Source: Octopus vulgaris
Lineage: Eukaryota
Reading direction: 5' to 3'
Length of the DNA stretch: 64,000 bases
Assembly: GCA_951406725.2 (NCBI GenBank)
Contig: OX597822.1
Location: 106,144,001 to 106,208,000 of the forward strand
Shown: one piece after another, positions 13,437 through 26,970 of the stretch
Position numbering within the stretch: the first letter of the stretch is position 1
Layout of the letters: each line of letters begins with the position of its first letter
The notes under the pieces: model-generated
What the model was told of the DNA's origin: nothing
Database searches by the model: none
Seen by the model: only the letters and a program-made list of their open reading frames with translations
Translations under genes and position numbers: made by a program

Positions 13437-13850
13437 AGGAGTGTGTGTGTGTGGTAAGTAGCTTGCTTAACAACCACATGGTTCCGGGTTCAGTCCCACT
13501 GCGTGGCACTTTGGGCAAGTGTCTTCTACTATAGCCTCGGGTCGACCAAAGCCTTGTGAGTGGATTTGGTAGACGGAAACTGAAAAAAGCCTTCCGTATA
13601 TATATATATATATATATATATCCATGTATGTATATGTTTGTGTGTCCATGTTTGTTTCTCCACCCATCATCGCTTGACAACCGATGTTGGTGTGCTTACG
13701 TACCCGTAACCTAGTTGATCGGCAAAAGAAAACGATAGAATAAGTACTAGGGTAACAAAAGAATAAGTCGTGGTGTCGATTTGTTCGACTAACGGCGGTG
13801 CTACAGCATGGGCGCAGTCAAATGACTGAAACGAAATAAATGAAAAATGA
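13437..13850 (+). mobile_element. tRNA-derived SINE family S2 (CORE-like ttgggcaagtg, internal TA/TG microsatellite)
   Basis: Homologous to 37030-37444; B-box gggttcagtccc; tail aaatgactgaaac. Confidence 0.85.
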
Positions 13851-15935
13851 AAGAACAAAAGAAGATAATATTCGATAAAATAGTACATGTTGGTACATCA
13901 TAGAGGGATGTATTACTTTATCCTATTCAACACACTTTGTAAACTAATTTTTAACTGATAACAACTTTATTTTTTATTAAGTCATTTAAATGTGTGGCGA
14001 TTTACGCACTCCAAATAACTCCTCATAATGTGTTTTGTTTTGTTTTTTTTCTTTTTGGAATTATCAGAAATATTTTACGAATCTACACACACTGGAATTC
14101 ACACGATTACGTAAAAAACATTTGTTTGTGTTTGTATGATTTAAGAGCGATTTGGCTATTATTTTTAGTACATCTCAAGATCACCTGAGACCTTCCTAGC
14201 TTGGTATGTATTGATATGTTTCAATAATGTTCACATTAAAAACACATATATGGAATGATAATGTACCCAAAAGCGGCCCATTGCTGGGATTTAAGCAAAG
14301 AATTCGGCCTGTCCGTATTTTTAACTAAACTCTGATTTTTATAAATATCGTAAAAGAGTGGAACTTTACCGATTTGTGGGTAGCGAATAGGAGTTAAATA
14401 TTTTGCTTTTAATTTTTTTCCAAATCGATTAAATTCCCATGTGTAGGACACAAATTCACTAAAATTTACTGAAAATCAAAAAAAAAACAAAAATTCTATG
14501 CGGGATTATAAAGGGGTGCTTAAACCGGAATTCCACCAAATGTGATTCTTTACCTAATAACCGATTATGTTATTAAGAAATTTGAAAGTTTAATGCGTAT
14601 TGGAATCATTTTTCTGCATATTTCTGTGTATTTCTCTTGCTTTGGTTGTAACCTATGCAGAGGACATTTTAGCAAGCTCCAATGTGCGTTATTTAATGCA
14701 TACTGAAATCCACCATATAATGTATAACATTTTGTTTCGTTTATTCATAAAATCATTTTTATGAAAGATTTTGTTTTATTTAGACATTCATTGGTGTTAA
14801 TTGCACAATTTCCTGAAATTTAATATCACCACTAAGATATAATGTTTTAGCAACTTCCAAATGTGATTGAAATAAACATTACACATAGCTATCTGTTGAT
14901 GAAATAAAATTAAAGATAATTGACTATGTAGTATATTAACTGAATTAAGCTATGTCACGAGAGGAGATGGAAGGGGGGGAACCGGAACATCGTAAACTTA
15001 CAGATGTTTATGTCTGTTCTGACATTATTTATACGATTATGACAACGACGACGATGATGTCAGTATAAGAGCAAAAATGATTTGGAGAAAGATGTGTCGT
15101 TGTGCATCATTTATTAGTGGGTTTGTAGCAAACCTAAAAACAGTAAAACTAAGATTGGAACGTGTTTATAACGTTATAGTCGGTAAATTTCATGGCCTAA
15201 CTGGATAATGTATGCATGAGAGACTGAAGTATATATATATATAATATGCATATTTTATTTTGTTTTTTCTTGGCTCATCATTTTATTTAATAAATTTTAA
15301 TGTGAGTTTTGGAAATCCTTGGATTCTTAATAATTTACTGACAAGTTTCCCTATCTTCGGATGCATTGGTCCTTAATAAAATTTCTATTTTGTTATTTAG
15401 ATTTTGCTCTTTTCACAAAATACTATTTTCCTGATATATAAATATGTATATATATCAACGTTCAATGAGAAACGTATATCAAACAAAAATTTCTCTATAT
15501 TTTAGAGTTAGATATGAAATGGGGAATTAAATCTGTAATTTGGAAATAACAATTTTTTTTATCTTTCTATATCTCTTCTTTAGAAGCAATTTAATCGTCA
15601 CCTTAAAGTTGACTTAGAATGACCCTGTTTTAAATAGATCGGTGAATAAATAGGTTAAGTTTCATTGAACGCATAAAGAAATTGTTTGATACCATATTTA
15701 GTGTATAAGCATTCATAACATAACATATACGATGTTCTCAATCACTTCACTCGTTCTAACATAGTCTAATGTGACTTAGTAATGCATCACCTTTAGAAAA
15801 AACTGCAAGATGTTTTCAAGGATATATTGAAAATTCTAGGAGTGTAATATGCGTACAGACATTTAAAACCATACTCACACACACACGCTGACATGCACAC
15901 ACACTCACACTCACACACACACATAGATAATACTC

Positions 15936-16088
<153 letters not shown>

Positions 16089-16090
<2 letters not shown>

Positions 16091-16367
16091 TAAATGTAAA
16101 AAAATACAAACTGGGACAAGAACGTGAAACATTTAGAAGACGATACAAAAAACACGGACGGGACATTCGAAGCCTTCAATCTTCAGTCAAGAACCGGATC
16201 ATCTTCGCAATTTCGGCTGATTAATCTTGAAGATTGAAGGCTTCGAATGTCCCGTCCGTGTTTTTTGTATCGTCTTCTAAATGTTTCACGTTCTTGTCCT
16301 AGTTTGTATTTTTTTACATTTACATATATATTAAGCGTCGACGTACCCCTTTTGGTCCTATACGTAA

Positions 16368-16368
<1 letters not shown>
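16089..16368 (+). mobile_element. Fold-back element with tail between (GT)n and (TA)n
   Basis: 97-bp arms 16089-16185 / 16228-16324 with one mismatch seen, 42-nt spacer, ~44-nt tail. Confidence 0.7.
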
Positions 16369-16409
<41 letters not shown>

Positions 16410-16689
16410 ATTTGTAAAACATTTAGGGAGTCGAGGGAAAATGTCTTGAGGCTTCTTGTTACAATCTGAGAGCTAAATAGCAAAGCAAACTTGTTAGATT
16501 AACATTTTTGAAAGAAGATTATTATAAATACAAGTAGCCAAACGAATCAGAATTAGTTTATGAAATGGATATACAAGAAAAGTGATTGGACAAGCATAAA
16601 ACTGAGCTTTGACTCAAATTGGTCATTTGTTGTTAATATTCTTATATATTATAGGTACACATCTATAAATCAAGGTTTCTTATCTCGGT

Positions 16690-17240
16690 AAGCAGTATAA
16701 AAGTAAGCGACACCGAAAATCAATAGACACATAACATTCTTAGATTGACATCTAAATATAGGCTGTACACAACTAGAAACTGCTAAAATGTCGTATGATC
16801 AAATAAGAGCAAAGTTATTTGCCAAAGATAAAAACAGAAAATTAGAAGGTCAATAAAGAATCATATAAGGATATTTACAAATTTTATGATTACATCTCAA
16901 CATTTGATGATTTGCCTATGAAATCATATGAGAGATTATAGATTTGTAGGGAAAAGATGATTTCGATCAATTATGTTTCACGGCATACATCAAAGAAAAT
17001 AAAGAGTTACTTTAAAGAAAACAAAAGTAAGTTAATAATATAGCTTCAAATTCACCAGACCTGAACCTCATTGAGAAACTATGGTATACAATCAAATGAC
17101 TATTTAATATACGGAAACTACTATATAATCATCATCTGGCTGATGGTTTCTCTAAAATATGGAATGATCAAATCGGCAATCAGACATCATTTTTCAGAGT
17201 TGAGTCGAATTAACAGTCAATAGACTGAAGTTGATTGAAC
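16690..17240 (+). mobile_element. Decayed Tc1-like transposase remnant
   Basis: HTSKKIKSYFKEN and ASNSPDLNLIEKLW (Tc1 SPDLNPIE motif) at ~16980-17095, with stops; boundaries approximate. Confidence 0.7.
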
Positions 17241-17659
17241 ATAAAAATATGTGATTAATTATTGATTGATTTGTGAATAAATCTAATCTTTTCTTGTAGT
17301 ATTTTTTTTCCTAATGCGACATCACTAATTCACACGTGTGCTCTTGAAGAGCAAATATTAATATAATTGTAAATTAAAGCATCGTTTGTGCAAATAATAT
17401 TCTTGCAACTCAGCAATTTTTTTTTAATATATTCATCAACTAAATTACTATTTAACAATGCTTTTAATAGATTTCTTCAGTAATTCACATTATTTTTTTG
17501 CATATATTCAATATATTTAACTTATACACTTCCAATTATGTTTTTGTATGCAACGATTATAACACAAAGAAGAATTTGCTTCTAATGTGCTTCATACATA
17601 CATACATACATACATACATACATACATACATACATACATTCATTCATATACATATATGA

Positions 17660-17702
<43 letters not shown>

Positions 17703-17763
17703 TATATATTCATATATGTATATATATATATAAATATATATATTCATATATGTATATATATAT

Positions 17764-17800
<37 letters not shown>

Positions 17801-17850
17801 GAAAAAACAAGTCAAAAATAGAAAATGCTAAGATGATTTTATAGTGAATC

Positions 17851-17909
<59 letters not shown>

Positions 17910-17912
<3 letters not shown>

Positions 17913-18480
17913 GGTTGTCCGGAAAGTTCGTGCCGATTGTTAAAGGAAAGAAAAAGGTCAATAAATATTTGCCATTACATTTTTAATCAACCAGATATGA
18001 ACCATTTTGTTGCACAATGCGTCTCCATATTTCCTTTAACTTGAAAATACTCTTCTCCCAGAATTCAGGTGGTTTCACAGCAAAGAATGCATCAAGGTAT
18101 CTTTTTTACGTCATCCAAGGAATTGTAATTTTTACCATTAAGACTATTCTGCAGAGACCTGAATAAGTGGAAGTCTGAAGGAGCAATATCTGGTGAATAT
18201 GGAGGGTGGGGTAACACATCCCAGCCGAGCTGCAGCAATTTTTGTCTGGTTCCCAAAGCATCAATTGCCGAAAATGAACTCTTCCATTTTAAAGGGTTAC
18301 AGAATTAACACAGGTTATAGGAACATAAACTTTCATCCACTAAAAGATAGCTTAAACTGTGCTCTAAATGGAGGTGTAGTGAAATCCTATATTATGGACT
18401 CAACCATATTCTAAAATAAGTCGAAAGTAAGTCGAAAGGTAAGCTACTATAAATCGGCACGAACTTTCCGGACAACCCAA
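17910..18480 (-). mobile_element. Internally deleted mariner (DD34D) DNA transposon
   Basis: 29-bp TIRs ttgggttgtccggaaagttcgtgccgatt in a TA context. Minus strand encodes LGWDVLPHPPYSPDIAPSDFHLFRSLQNSL..., frameshifted. Confidence 0.92.
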
Positions 18481-18664
18481 TATATGGACCGCTCGCCTGT
18501 GATATATATAATCTTAAGTTGTTATGTAATACTTACATATTAAAAGGGAAGCAAGTTAACAATCTGCTTCCATCAGAAAAAAACGGGGACATATAACACG
18601 CACGTGGTTTCATACTTATTCAAATTACACAACACCCTTAATATAATATACTATAATATACTAT

Positions 18665-18731
<67 letters not shown>

Positions 18732-18736
18732 TTAAA

Positions 18737-19046
18737 TTAGAGATAAAACCACTATTAGGCAAATCAAACAATGAAAAACTTAAGCCAATACATAAAATTA
18801 ATTAATTTATATTATTTTATTATTATATTATTAAAATGATATAAATAAAATAAAATAAAATAATTTTTAAAAAAATATATAATATAAATTAATTAATTTT
18901 ATGTATTGGCTTAAGTTTTTCATTGTTTGATTTGCCTAATAGTGGTTTTATCTCTAAGTTAATATAATATAATATTTTACTATAAAATTGGATTCAATCC
19001 TAAATCTGATTTTTCCCTGTAAGTTTGGATTTATTCCCTAATATTT

Positions 19047-19050
<4 letters not shown>
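18737..19050 (+). mobile_element. Fold-back element with tail in (TA)n
   Basis: Arms ~18737-18813 / 18880-18957; tail contains atttttccctgtaagtt. Confidence 0.65.
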
Positions 19051-19084
<34 letters not shown>

Positions 19085-19355
19085 TATGTATATATATATT
19101 TATTTGTTTATTACTAGTTGTGTATAGTATTCATGTATGCTTGGTGCATAGTTTAATTATATGCATGTGCATTTATATGTATGTGTGTGTGTACATATAT
19201 ATTTATATGGTGCTAGGTAATTTGACTCCGGGTAATTCGGCTGCCAGTTAATTTCAATCCTAGTAATTTCGCTCTTAATATTAGAAAAAAAAATAAGTAC
19301 ATGAAACATTGAAATTTGTTGTTGTTGTTGTTGTTGTTGTTGTTGATTTACATGG

Positions 19356-19742
19356 TACTCTTTTACTCTTTTACTTGTTTCAGTCATTTGACTGCGGCCA
19401 TGCTGGAGCACCGCCTTTAGTCGAGCAAATCGACCCCGGGACTTATTCTTTTGTAAGCCCAGTACATATTCTATCGGTCTCTTTTGCCGAACCGCTAAGT
19501 AACGGGGACGTAAACACAACAGCATCAGTTGTCAAGCAATGCTAGGGGGGACAAACACAGACACACAAACACACAAACACATATATATACATATATACAA
19601 ATATACGACAGGTTTCTTTCTGTTTCCGTCTACCAAATCCACTCACAAGGTATTCCTTGGCCCGGGGCTATAGCAGAAGACACTTGCCCAAGATGCCACG
19701 CAGTGGGACTGAACTCGGAACCATGTGGTTGGTTAGCAAGCT
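19356..19742 (-). mobile_element. SINE family S2, 5'-clipped, nested in the MULE remnant
   Basis: Reverse complement of the S2 sequence. Confidence 0.85.
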
Positions 19743-19956
19743 AGGAAAGTATCCTTTCAGTCATCGGGTGTTTTATTTAAAAAGTTTACATGTTCACCTG
19801 TGGTCCATCCCTGCCTCATTCCTTACTGTTGTTGAAGTCAATGAGATAGTGGCGAACTTTCCTTGCAGTTTAATAGTAGTGAAACTGATGTAGACAGATT
19901 ACTTGAGTTTGCAACAGATAAACTTAGTGATTCACTGATGACTTAGTGAATGTAAA

Positions 19957-20344
19957 GTGGAAGCGCAATGGCCCAGTGGTTAGGGCAGCGAACTCGCGGT
20001 CATAGGATCGCGGTTTCGATTCCCAGACCGGGCGTTGTGAGTGTTTATTGAGCGAAAACACCTAAAAGCTCCACGAGGCTCCGGCAGGGATTGTGGTGAT
20101 CCCTGCTGTACTCTTTTACCACAACTTTCTCTCACTCTTACTTCCTGTTTCTGTTGTACCTGTATTTCAAAAGGGCCGGCCTTGTCACTCTCTGTGTCAC
20201 GCTGAATATCCCCGAGAACTACGTTAAGGGTACACGTGTCTGTGGAGTGCTCAGCCACTTACACGTTAATTTCACGAGCAGGCTGTTCCGTTGATTCGGA
20301 TCAACCGGAACCCTCGTCGTCGTAACCGACGGAGTGCTTCCACC
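19957..20344 (+). mobile_element. tRNA-derived SINE family S1, inserted in the MULE remnant
   Basis: A-box tggcccagtgg and B-box ggtttcgattccc; 12-bp TSD agtgaatgtaaa (19945-19956 / 20345-20356). Confidence 0.9.
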
Positions 20345-21410
20345 AGTGAATGTAAAACACTGGGCAGGTGATGGGACATTTAAGTGCTTCCCAACTGTAT
20401 TTTATCAGTTGTACAAGCTTCATATTCAAGTGGGTTCATTGTGTGTTCGGAAATTGTTTGCATTACTTTCAAACAAAAATCAAGAAACTTACACCTGCCT
20501 TATTAATAAGCTAAATGAATTACGCCAAGGACTGAGCCCTGAAACATTATTAAGGATTTTGAAATAGTTCACATTAATAGCATTTTATCAGTGTTTCGCA
20601 CTGCTTCCATCTCGTTGTTGTCTTTTTCATCTATTTCAAAATGTGTACAGAAAAGTATGCGAATTTGGTTTTAAGGAAATATACCATCATGATAATGAGT
20701 TTAGCATTAAATCAAATGTTTTTTAACGCTGGTTTTTCTTTCTCCCGATGATGTGATTAACAGAATCGAAGATCTTGTAGGTGACGACGATCTTCCGCAA
20801 GAACTGGTGTCCTACTTTGAATTATCGTACATAGGATGCGCGCGAGGTAGAGGAATTAGACAACGAATACCTTCTTTATTTCCCATTGATAGTTGGAATG
20901 TCCGCTTTAGAACAGAATCGAATGTGCCTCGCACTAAAAACCATTTGGAGGAATATCACAACGCACACACATCCGAATATATGGAAATTAATTACTGCAC
21001 TGAAAAGGGAAGAACACTTTGCATAACTGAGAAAGGTTGAATTTAATCGAGGTGAGATCTGCGAGACCAAATGAAAGCATAAAGATATAAGCAAACGGCT
21101 TCAGATATTTATTGAGCGATGAAGACCCGAAAATAAGATGGATTTTTTACGAGAAATAGCTCGTAACCTTAATCATTTTTGAAGCTTTTAGTAATGTTTT
21201 TACATTTTACTGTATTTTATCTACATTCAACGTTATATCGTTTTCTAATATCGGGAATGAAATTACCAGGAATGAAATTGAATGGCAGTCAATTTACCGG
21301 GGGTTCAAATTACCGAAGTCAAAATAGCGGATTTTGAATTACCAAGAGTCACATTACAGGTCACCATATACATACATATATATATATATGTATATATGTA
21401 CATATACATA

Positions 21411-21456
<46 letters not shown>

Positions 21457-21460
<4 letters not shown>

Positions 21461-21670
21461 TAATTAAGGGTAAAATCAATTAGTTATTAATTAATTTCAC
21501 CAAGTAGTGTTCAGTATGTAAAAGGCCCATTCAAGGCATATTCAAAATATTACTTAATATAATTAAGGGCTCAGTAAAATAATTTACTTTGCCACATACT
21601 GAAATTTTTAGAAATAGCAGCCAAAAAATTTCTTTAGCCATTTCTACTACTTTAAGAAGAATCTCCCTGA
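21457..21670. mobile_element. (TA)n-embedded repeat terminus; related segments at 33900-34050 (rearranged) and ~59700-59795 (followed by a hammerhead)
   Basis: Shared taagggtaaaatcaatta and agggctcagtaaaataatttactttgc...tagaaatagcagccaaaaa segments. Confidence 0.55.
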
Positions 21671-22237
21671 TATATATATATACATATATGTGTGTGTATG
21701 CATACATGCACGTATATATACATATATACATACGCATATATACATGCATGTGTGACTATATATGTGTGTGCTGTACGCTGTGTGCACTAGAATATTAAAA
21801 AAATAACTATGTAAACTATATTTATTGGTTTGTATACCTAAGCACATAACTCTAAAGTAAACTTAATTTTGAAAAGACATCTAAATTTAATTACACTGTA
21901 CATCTTATGTAAACTGATCAAGCGTGGATGTGCTTCGTTGCATTTCTATTGAGGAACACAGCATAATTTCTAACATTCTAATACCGGTTTCTAGTAGTTT
22001 GCATCGATATTTACATATATATTGACAGACGGAGACACACACACGCATATGTGTACGCATATACGTCTTTGTGTCTATGTATATAAATCTATCTATATAT
22101 ATGTATATAGATATATATATATATATATGCATATATAGATATATGCATATATATGCCTATATAGATACATGCGTTTATATATATATGCATGTACAGATAT
22201 ATGTATATATATATATATATCTTTATACATATATGCA

Positions 22238-22326
<89 letters not shown>

Positions 22327-22566
22327 AATATATGTATATACATGTGTGTATGTAAATATACATATACATATATGTATATATGCATATATATATATGTATA
22401 AATATACATATATATATATGTATACATGTATATATATGTACATATACATATGTGTATACGTATATATGTATATGCGTGTATATATATATATATATATATA
22501 CATGTACGAATATATTTGCATATATATATATATATGTACATATGTACATATATATATATATCTGAG

Positions 22567-22616
<50 letters not shown>

Positions 22617-23331
22617 GTAAATATGTATATGAGTATGTGTGTGTTTGTATGTATTTATGTGTGTGTGCGTGCGTGTTGTTTGACATCGAATGAATGGAAA
22701 CTACTGAATATATGTTGTAAGCTATATGTTTTATCTGAATCGTATTCTTTTATTTCGATGCTATGAGCGGTTCTTCCGAATCAGAACAGTATGATTGTTT
22801 GAGTAAGTTTTAATTTCCAAAACTCATGAGTTCAATTTTTTTTTCTTCATTTAGCACAACGTTTTTGTCCTCCTTATGACTACAGCTTTTGGACCAAATT
22901 AATGTTTTCTTCAGTTTTCTTTTTCCTTGATATTGAGTCTTGAAATCATTTGCAAATATTTGTATTTTACTGAGCTCTCTTGACGTTCGAGATCTCATTT
23001 GCAAATATTATAAATATAAGCAGGCGCAATCACAGTTCCTTGCGCGACATTACCAGCGACTTTAACGGGATTGACAGGATTCTATTGGTCTATATCATAT
23101 ACGAGAAAAACGCCTCTCCCCCGTCCAACGGATGGTGCTGAGTTGTCAAACATTTAAACCAAATTTTCTCAAAACAACTTGTCCGGCCGTCCCATAGGCG
23201 TCCCCTTTGAGAAACACTGATTTAACCTAAATTTGAGACACCAGCAAAAGTAGAAATAAAGATAGATTTTTTTCTATTCCAACGAAAAATGAGTTTATTC
23301 CCACAAATATGCATCAGAAGAGTTTAAAGTA

Positions 23332-23557
23332 CTAGTAAGTACATCGCAACAGCTGATGTACTTGCGCGTAAAAATGCACGTTCTCACGGTTTTATCGATC
23401 GCATTCTCACCTGGAATTGCTTTCTGCTTCAAGACTTATACACGCCCTGAAACCGTCGGTATCAACATATCAAATTTGAGCGCAATCGGATGGAGGATGC
23501 TCGAGATCCTAGAAGACACACACACCCAGACAGACAGAACGGATTTAATATAATAGA
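23332..23557 (-). mobile_element. 226-bp mini-Helitron
   Basis: A|TC start, 9-bp hairpin aagtacatc/gatgtactt, CTAG|T end, no TSD. Confidence 0.7.
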
Positions 23558-23741
23558 TTATGCAAGTCGCAGCTCGTGTACCGAGGCTCGTGCTCTTGGT
23601 TTCATGATAAAGGCGATGTCTGGTAACATCCATCAGTCGCGGTAGCCAGCTGAATGTTCGAATCAAATGGCTGACAGAAACACACACTTTTATATACAAG
23701 TGTGTACGTGTGATTGTGCATATATACATGTATGTGCGTAT

Positions 23742-24113
23742 GTGGAGGCGCAATGGCCCAGTGGTTAGGGCAGCGGACTCGCGATCCATAGGATCGCGGT
23801 TTCGATTCCCAGACCGGGCGTTGTGAGTGTTTATTGAGCGAAAACACCTAAAGCTCCACGAGGCTCCGGCAGGGATGGTGGTGATCCCTGCTGTACTCTT
23901 TCACCACAACTTTCTCTCACTCTTACTTCCTGTTTCTGTTGTACCTGTATTTCAAAGGGCCGGCCTTGTCACGCTGAATATCCCCGAGAACTACGTTAAG
24001 GGTACACGTGTCTGTGGAGTGCTCAGCCACTTACACGTTAATTTCACGAGCAGGCTGTTCCGTTGATCGGATCAACCGGAAGCCTCATCGTCGTAACCGA
24101 CGGAGTGCTTCCT
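23742..24113 (+). mobile_element. tRNA-derived SINE family S1
   Basis: Near-identical to the other S1 copies; TSD tatgtgcgtat(gt). Confidence 0.9.
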
Positions 24114-24191
24114 TATGTGCGTATGTTTGTTTGTATGTATCTGTGTATGCACTTACTTCCTATTCACATATATATTTTTCTTTGTCTGCAG

Positions 24192-24303
24192 GGAACTTTG
24201 GCGCAAATTAAAACGAAAGGAAAAGTCGAAGATGAAACGTTACGCTTCATAAGACAAAAGCGACCTCGACTACAATGTAAACGTAGAAATGAAATTAACG
24301 ATG
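24192..24303 (+). CDS. KCNH2-like: Internal exon C of the KCNH/Erg channel; post-CNBHD basic segment
   Basis: Pyrimidine tract ttttctttgtctgcAG and GTatgt donor, phase 0 to 1, fitting exons B and D. Encodes GTLAQIKTKGKVEDETLRFIRQKRPRLQCKRRNEIND(G); FIRQKRPRLQCKRR resembles the hERG FSRQRKRKLSFRRR basic stretch at the same position. Confidence 0.85.
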
Positions 24304-24629
24304 GTATGTAGGATTTGATTCACAAACAACTACTCTTGCATAATATTCTCAAGCCTTTTCAGAAATTTTTCTTTTACAATACGTAATATAACAGGTAATT
24401 GGAAGACATGTATTTCCATGCAATCACATTAACAGGTTAATGCTAATTAAATTCTTCGAGACAAGTGTATAAAAAATATGAATGTGACGTTAAAACACAT
24501 AGGATGCCTTATTCATTCTGTTATACATAAGCCTTATTATTTCTATATATAAATACACACATACAAACGTACACTCACACACAGACACAGAAAAGGACAC
24601 ACATACATACACACACACTTTACAGTTCT

Positions 24630-24945
24630 AAATAATGAGAAAGTCAATATGAGAAATACAGAAAAAATAGCAAAGTATCAGGACCTATGCATGGAATTAC
24701 AGAGGCTATGAAATGTGTGGTGAATAAAATGTGTCACCGTAGTTATAGGTGCATTAGGAATTATTCCTAAAGATTTGAGCAGATGTATGGAGGATGTAGG
24801 CATAAAACCTAGTTTCGTGCAGCTTCAGAAAACCGTATTACTAGGATCTGCTAGGATATTTAGCATGTGAGGTTACTTGATGTAGCTCGATGTTATGAAA
24901 TATTTTCCAATAGTCTAATCTGTTGTGCATAAATGAAATAATAAC
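24630..24945 (+). mobile_element. Decayed 3' end of an RLE-type (R4/Dong-like) non-LTR retrotransposon
   Basis: EKIAKYQDLCMELQRL*...VTVVIGALGIIPKDL...LQKTVLLGSARIFSM*. Confidence 0.75.
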
Positions 24946-25140
24946 AATAAACTTAATGAAATACTAAATACAAAGTCCATGATATGGAAATGGAAAAAAT
25001 GTGTAAGTTGCAAACCACTACAAAACCTATTATAATAGGAGCACTAGGGTTAATAAAGTGAGAAACAGAGAAATATATAGACACAATACCAGAAAAACCA
25101 TGCTTAAATTAATAACCTCAATGTGCACATTTTGCGAAGC
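24946..25140 (+). mobile_element. Second, older R4/Dong-like C-terminal fragment
   Basis: KYKVHDMEMEKM..KPIIIGALGLIK*ETEKYIDTIP. Confidence 0.6.
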
Positions 25141-25460
25141 GTAAATTACAGTCTAAATTTCATAGTTCCATAGGAATTTTTCTGAGCACGTGTGTGTACA
25201 CCATTTTTAACTTATCAACTTCTTGCAATTCTTTATACCTTATTATCATCAAATATATAGATACAATACCAGAAATATATAGACACAATACCAGAAAAAC
25301 CATGCTTAAATTAATAACCTCAATGTGCACATTTTGCGAAGCGTAAATTACAGTCTAAATTTCATAGTTCCATAGGAATTTTTTCTGAGCACGCGTGTGT
25401 ACACCACTTTTAATTTATCAACTTCTTGCAATTCTTTATACCTTATTATCATCAAATATA
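25071..25460 (+). repeat. ~200-bp tandem duplication
   Basis: aaatatatagacacaataccagaaaaacc...ttattatcatcaaatata occurs twice, with a 22-bp partial unit between. Confidence 0.9.
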
Positions 25461-25782
25461 TTAAGAGCATCATATCCCCTATGCATCTCAGGTGCTTCAG
25501 AAGTATCCAGTGGATAATGTGTATATGAAGTAGATTTGAAAATAATCCTATTTATTATAGACTCAAGGCCTAAACTTAAGCGGAAGGGGGCTAGTCCTGA
25601 CATCGATCCCAATGCCCAATTCGTACTTACTATATTGACTTCGAAATGATGAAATGCAAAGTCCACCTCAGTGGCATTAGAATTCATAACGTAAAGAGAG
25701 ACGAAATGCGGCTAACCATTTTCTTTCATCATCACCATCATCATCATACTACTACTACTACTAATACTACTACTACTACTAC

Positions 25783-25831
<49 letters not shown>

Positions 25832-25832
<1 letters not shown>

Positions 25833-26318
25833 GGATATGACTGTCCCAATCGATATAAACGTATCTGTCAAGACCTACCAAAAACTGAGCAAGTATAAAG
25901 ATCTTGAAATAGAAATCAGCAAAATGTGGAAGCTGAAGACTAAAACAATACCTGTTGTCATAGGTGCCCTGGGAATGATAGCGAAAGGGACTGATTGCTA
26001 CCTAACTCAGATACCAGGAAACCCCAAAATGGCAGAAATTCAAAAGATAGTGCTCATGGGAACTGCTCATATCCTACGCAAAATACTCTCTATGTAATCC
26101 CAACGTTTAAAACAAACTTTTTTGTTTATTTATTTAATTTTTTTTTATTTATTTATTCATTTATTTTTTTATTTTTATGTATTAGACATTCACTAGTACA
26201 ACACCATAAAAAAAAACCCAAATATATGGTACAGAACTTCCAACCTGTTGTCTCTTGAGGTCTCTGGGTGAGACTTGGAGCCAACTTGTACAGACATAAA
26301 GCAAAAGTCAAACATAGA
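25832..26318 (+). mobile_element. 5'-truncated R4/Dong-like non-LTR retrotransposon (endonuclease C-terminus plus 3' UTR) in (TAA)n
   Basis: Intact DMTVPIDINVSVKTYQKLSKYKDLEIEISKMWKLKTKTIPVVIGALG...IQKIVLMGTAHILRKILSM*; (TAA)n on both flanks. Confidence 0.88.
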
Positions 26319-26459
26319 ATAATAATAATAATAATAATAATAACAACAATAATAATGATAATAATAATAATAATAATAACAACAATAATAATGATAATAA
26401 TAATAATAATAATAACAACAACAACAACAACAATAATAATAATGATAATAATAATAATG

Positions 26460-26499
<40 letters not shown>

Positions 26500-26501
<2 letters not shown>

Positions 26502-26682
26502 GCTTCAAATTTTAGCAGAAAAATCCAGCAGTTTTAGAGGAGGGGGTAAGTCGATTACATCGACCCCAGTGCTCAACTGGTACTTATTTTATCTACCCCG
26601 AAAAAAATGAAAGGCAAATCGACCTCTGCTGCATTTAAGCTTATAACGTAAAGACGGACGAACTGCCACTAAGCATTTTGCT
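26500..26682 (-). mobile_element. SINE family S3, partial
   Basis: taagtcgattacatcgaccccagt...tgaaaggcaaa. Confidence 0.7.
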
Positions 26683-26684
26683 TC

Positions 26685-26728
<44 letters not shown>

Positions 26729-26746
26729 TATTATTATTATTATTAC

Positions 26747-26775
<29 letters not shown>

Positions 26776-26778
<3 letters not shown>

Positions 26779-26930
26779 TATGTTTGACTTTTGCTTTATG
26801 CCTGTACAAGTTGGCTCCAAGTCTCACCCAGAGACCTCAAGAGACAACAGGCTGGAAGTTCACGTTGTTGTTATGCCTAGTGTGCCATATATTTGGGGGG
26901 GGGTTGTACTAGTGAATGTCTAATACATTA
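26776..26930 (-). mobile_element. 3' UTR-only copy of the same R4/Dong-like element
   Basis: Diverged reverse complement of ~26175-26318, within (TTA)n. Confidence 0.8.
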
Positions 26931-26970
26931 ATTAAAAAAAATTATTATTATTATTATTATTATTATTATT

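Larger units (their letters stand above)
19209..21365 (+). mobile_element. Mutator-like (MULE) transposon remnant with sub-repeated TIRs and two nested SINEs
   Basis: KHWAGDGTFKCFPTVFYQLYKLH...ALLSNKNQETY, FHLFQNVYRK and FPIDSWNV..PRTKNHLEEYHN. Termini ggtgctaggtaatttgactc / gagtcacattacaggtcacc. Confidence 0.85.

Noticed and set aside
19980-20258. Recurrent ORFs MAEHSTDTCTL..., MFSLNKHSQ..., MFIERKHLK...
   Set aside because: Chance frames within multi-copy SINE S1; they recur only because the SINE does.
23742-23820. tRNA-like sequences at SINE heads
   Set aside because: A/B boxes are present, but there is no complete cloverleaf and each continues into a SINE body with TSDs.
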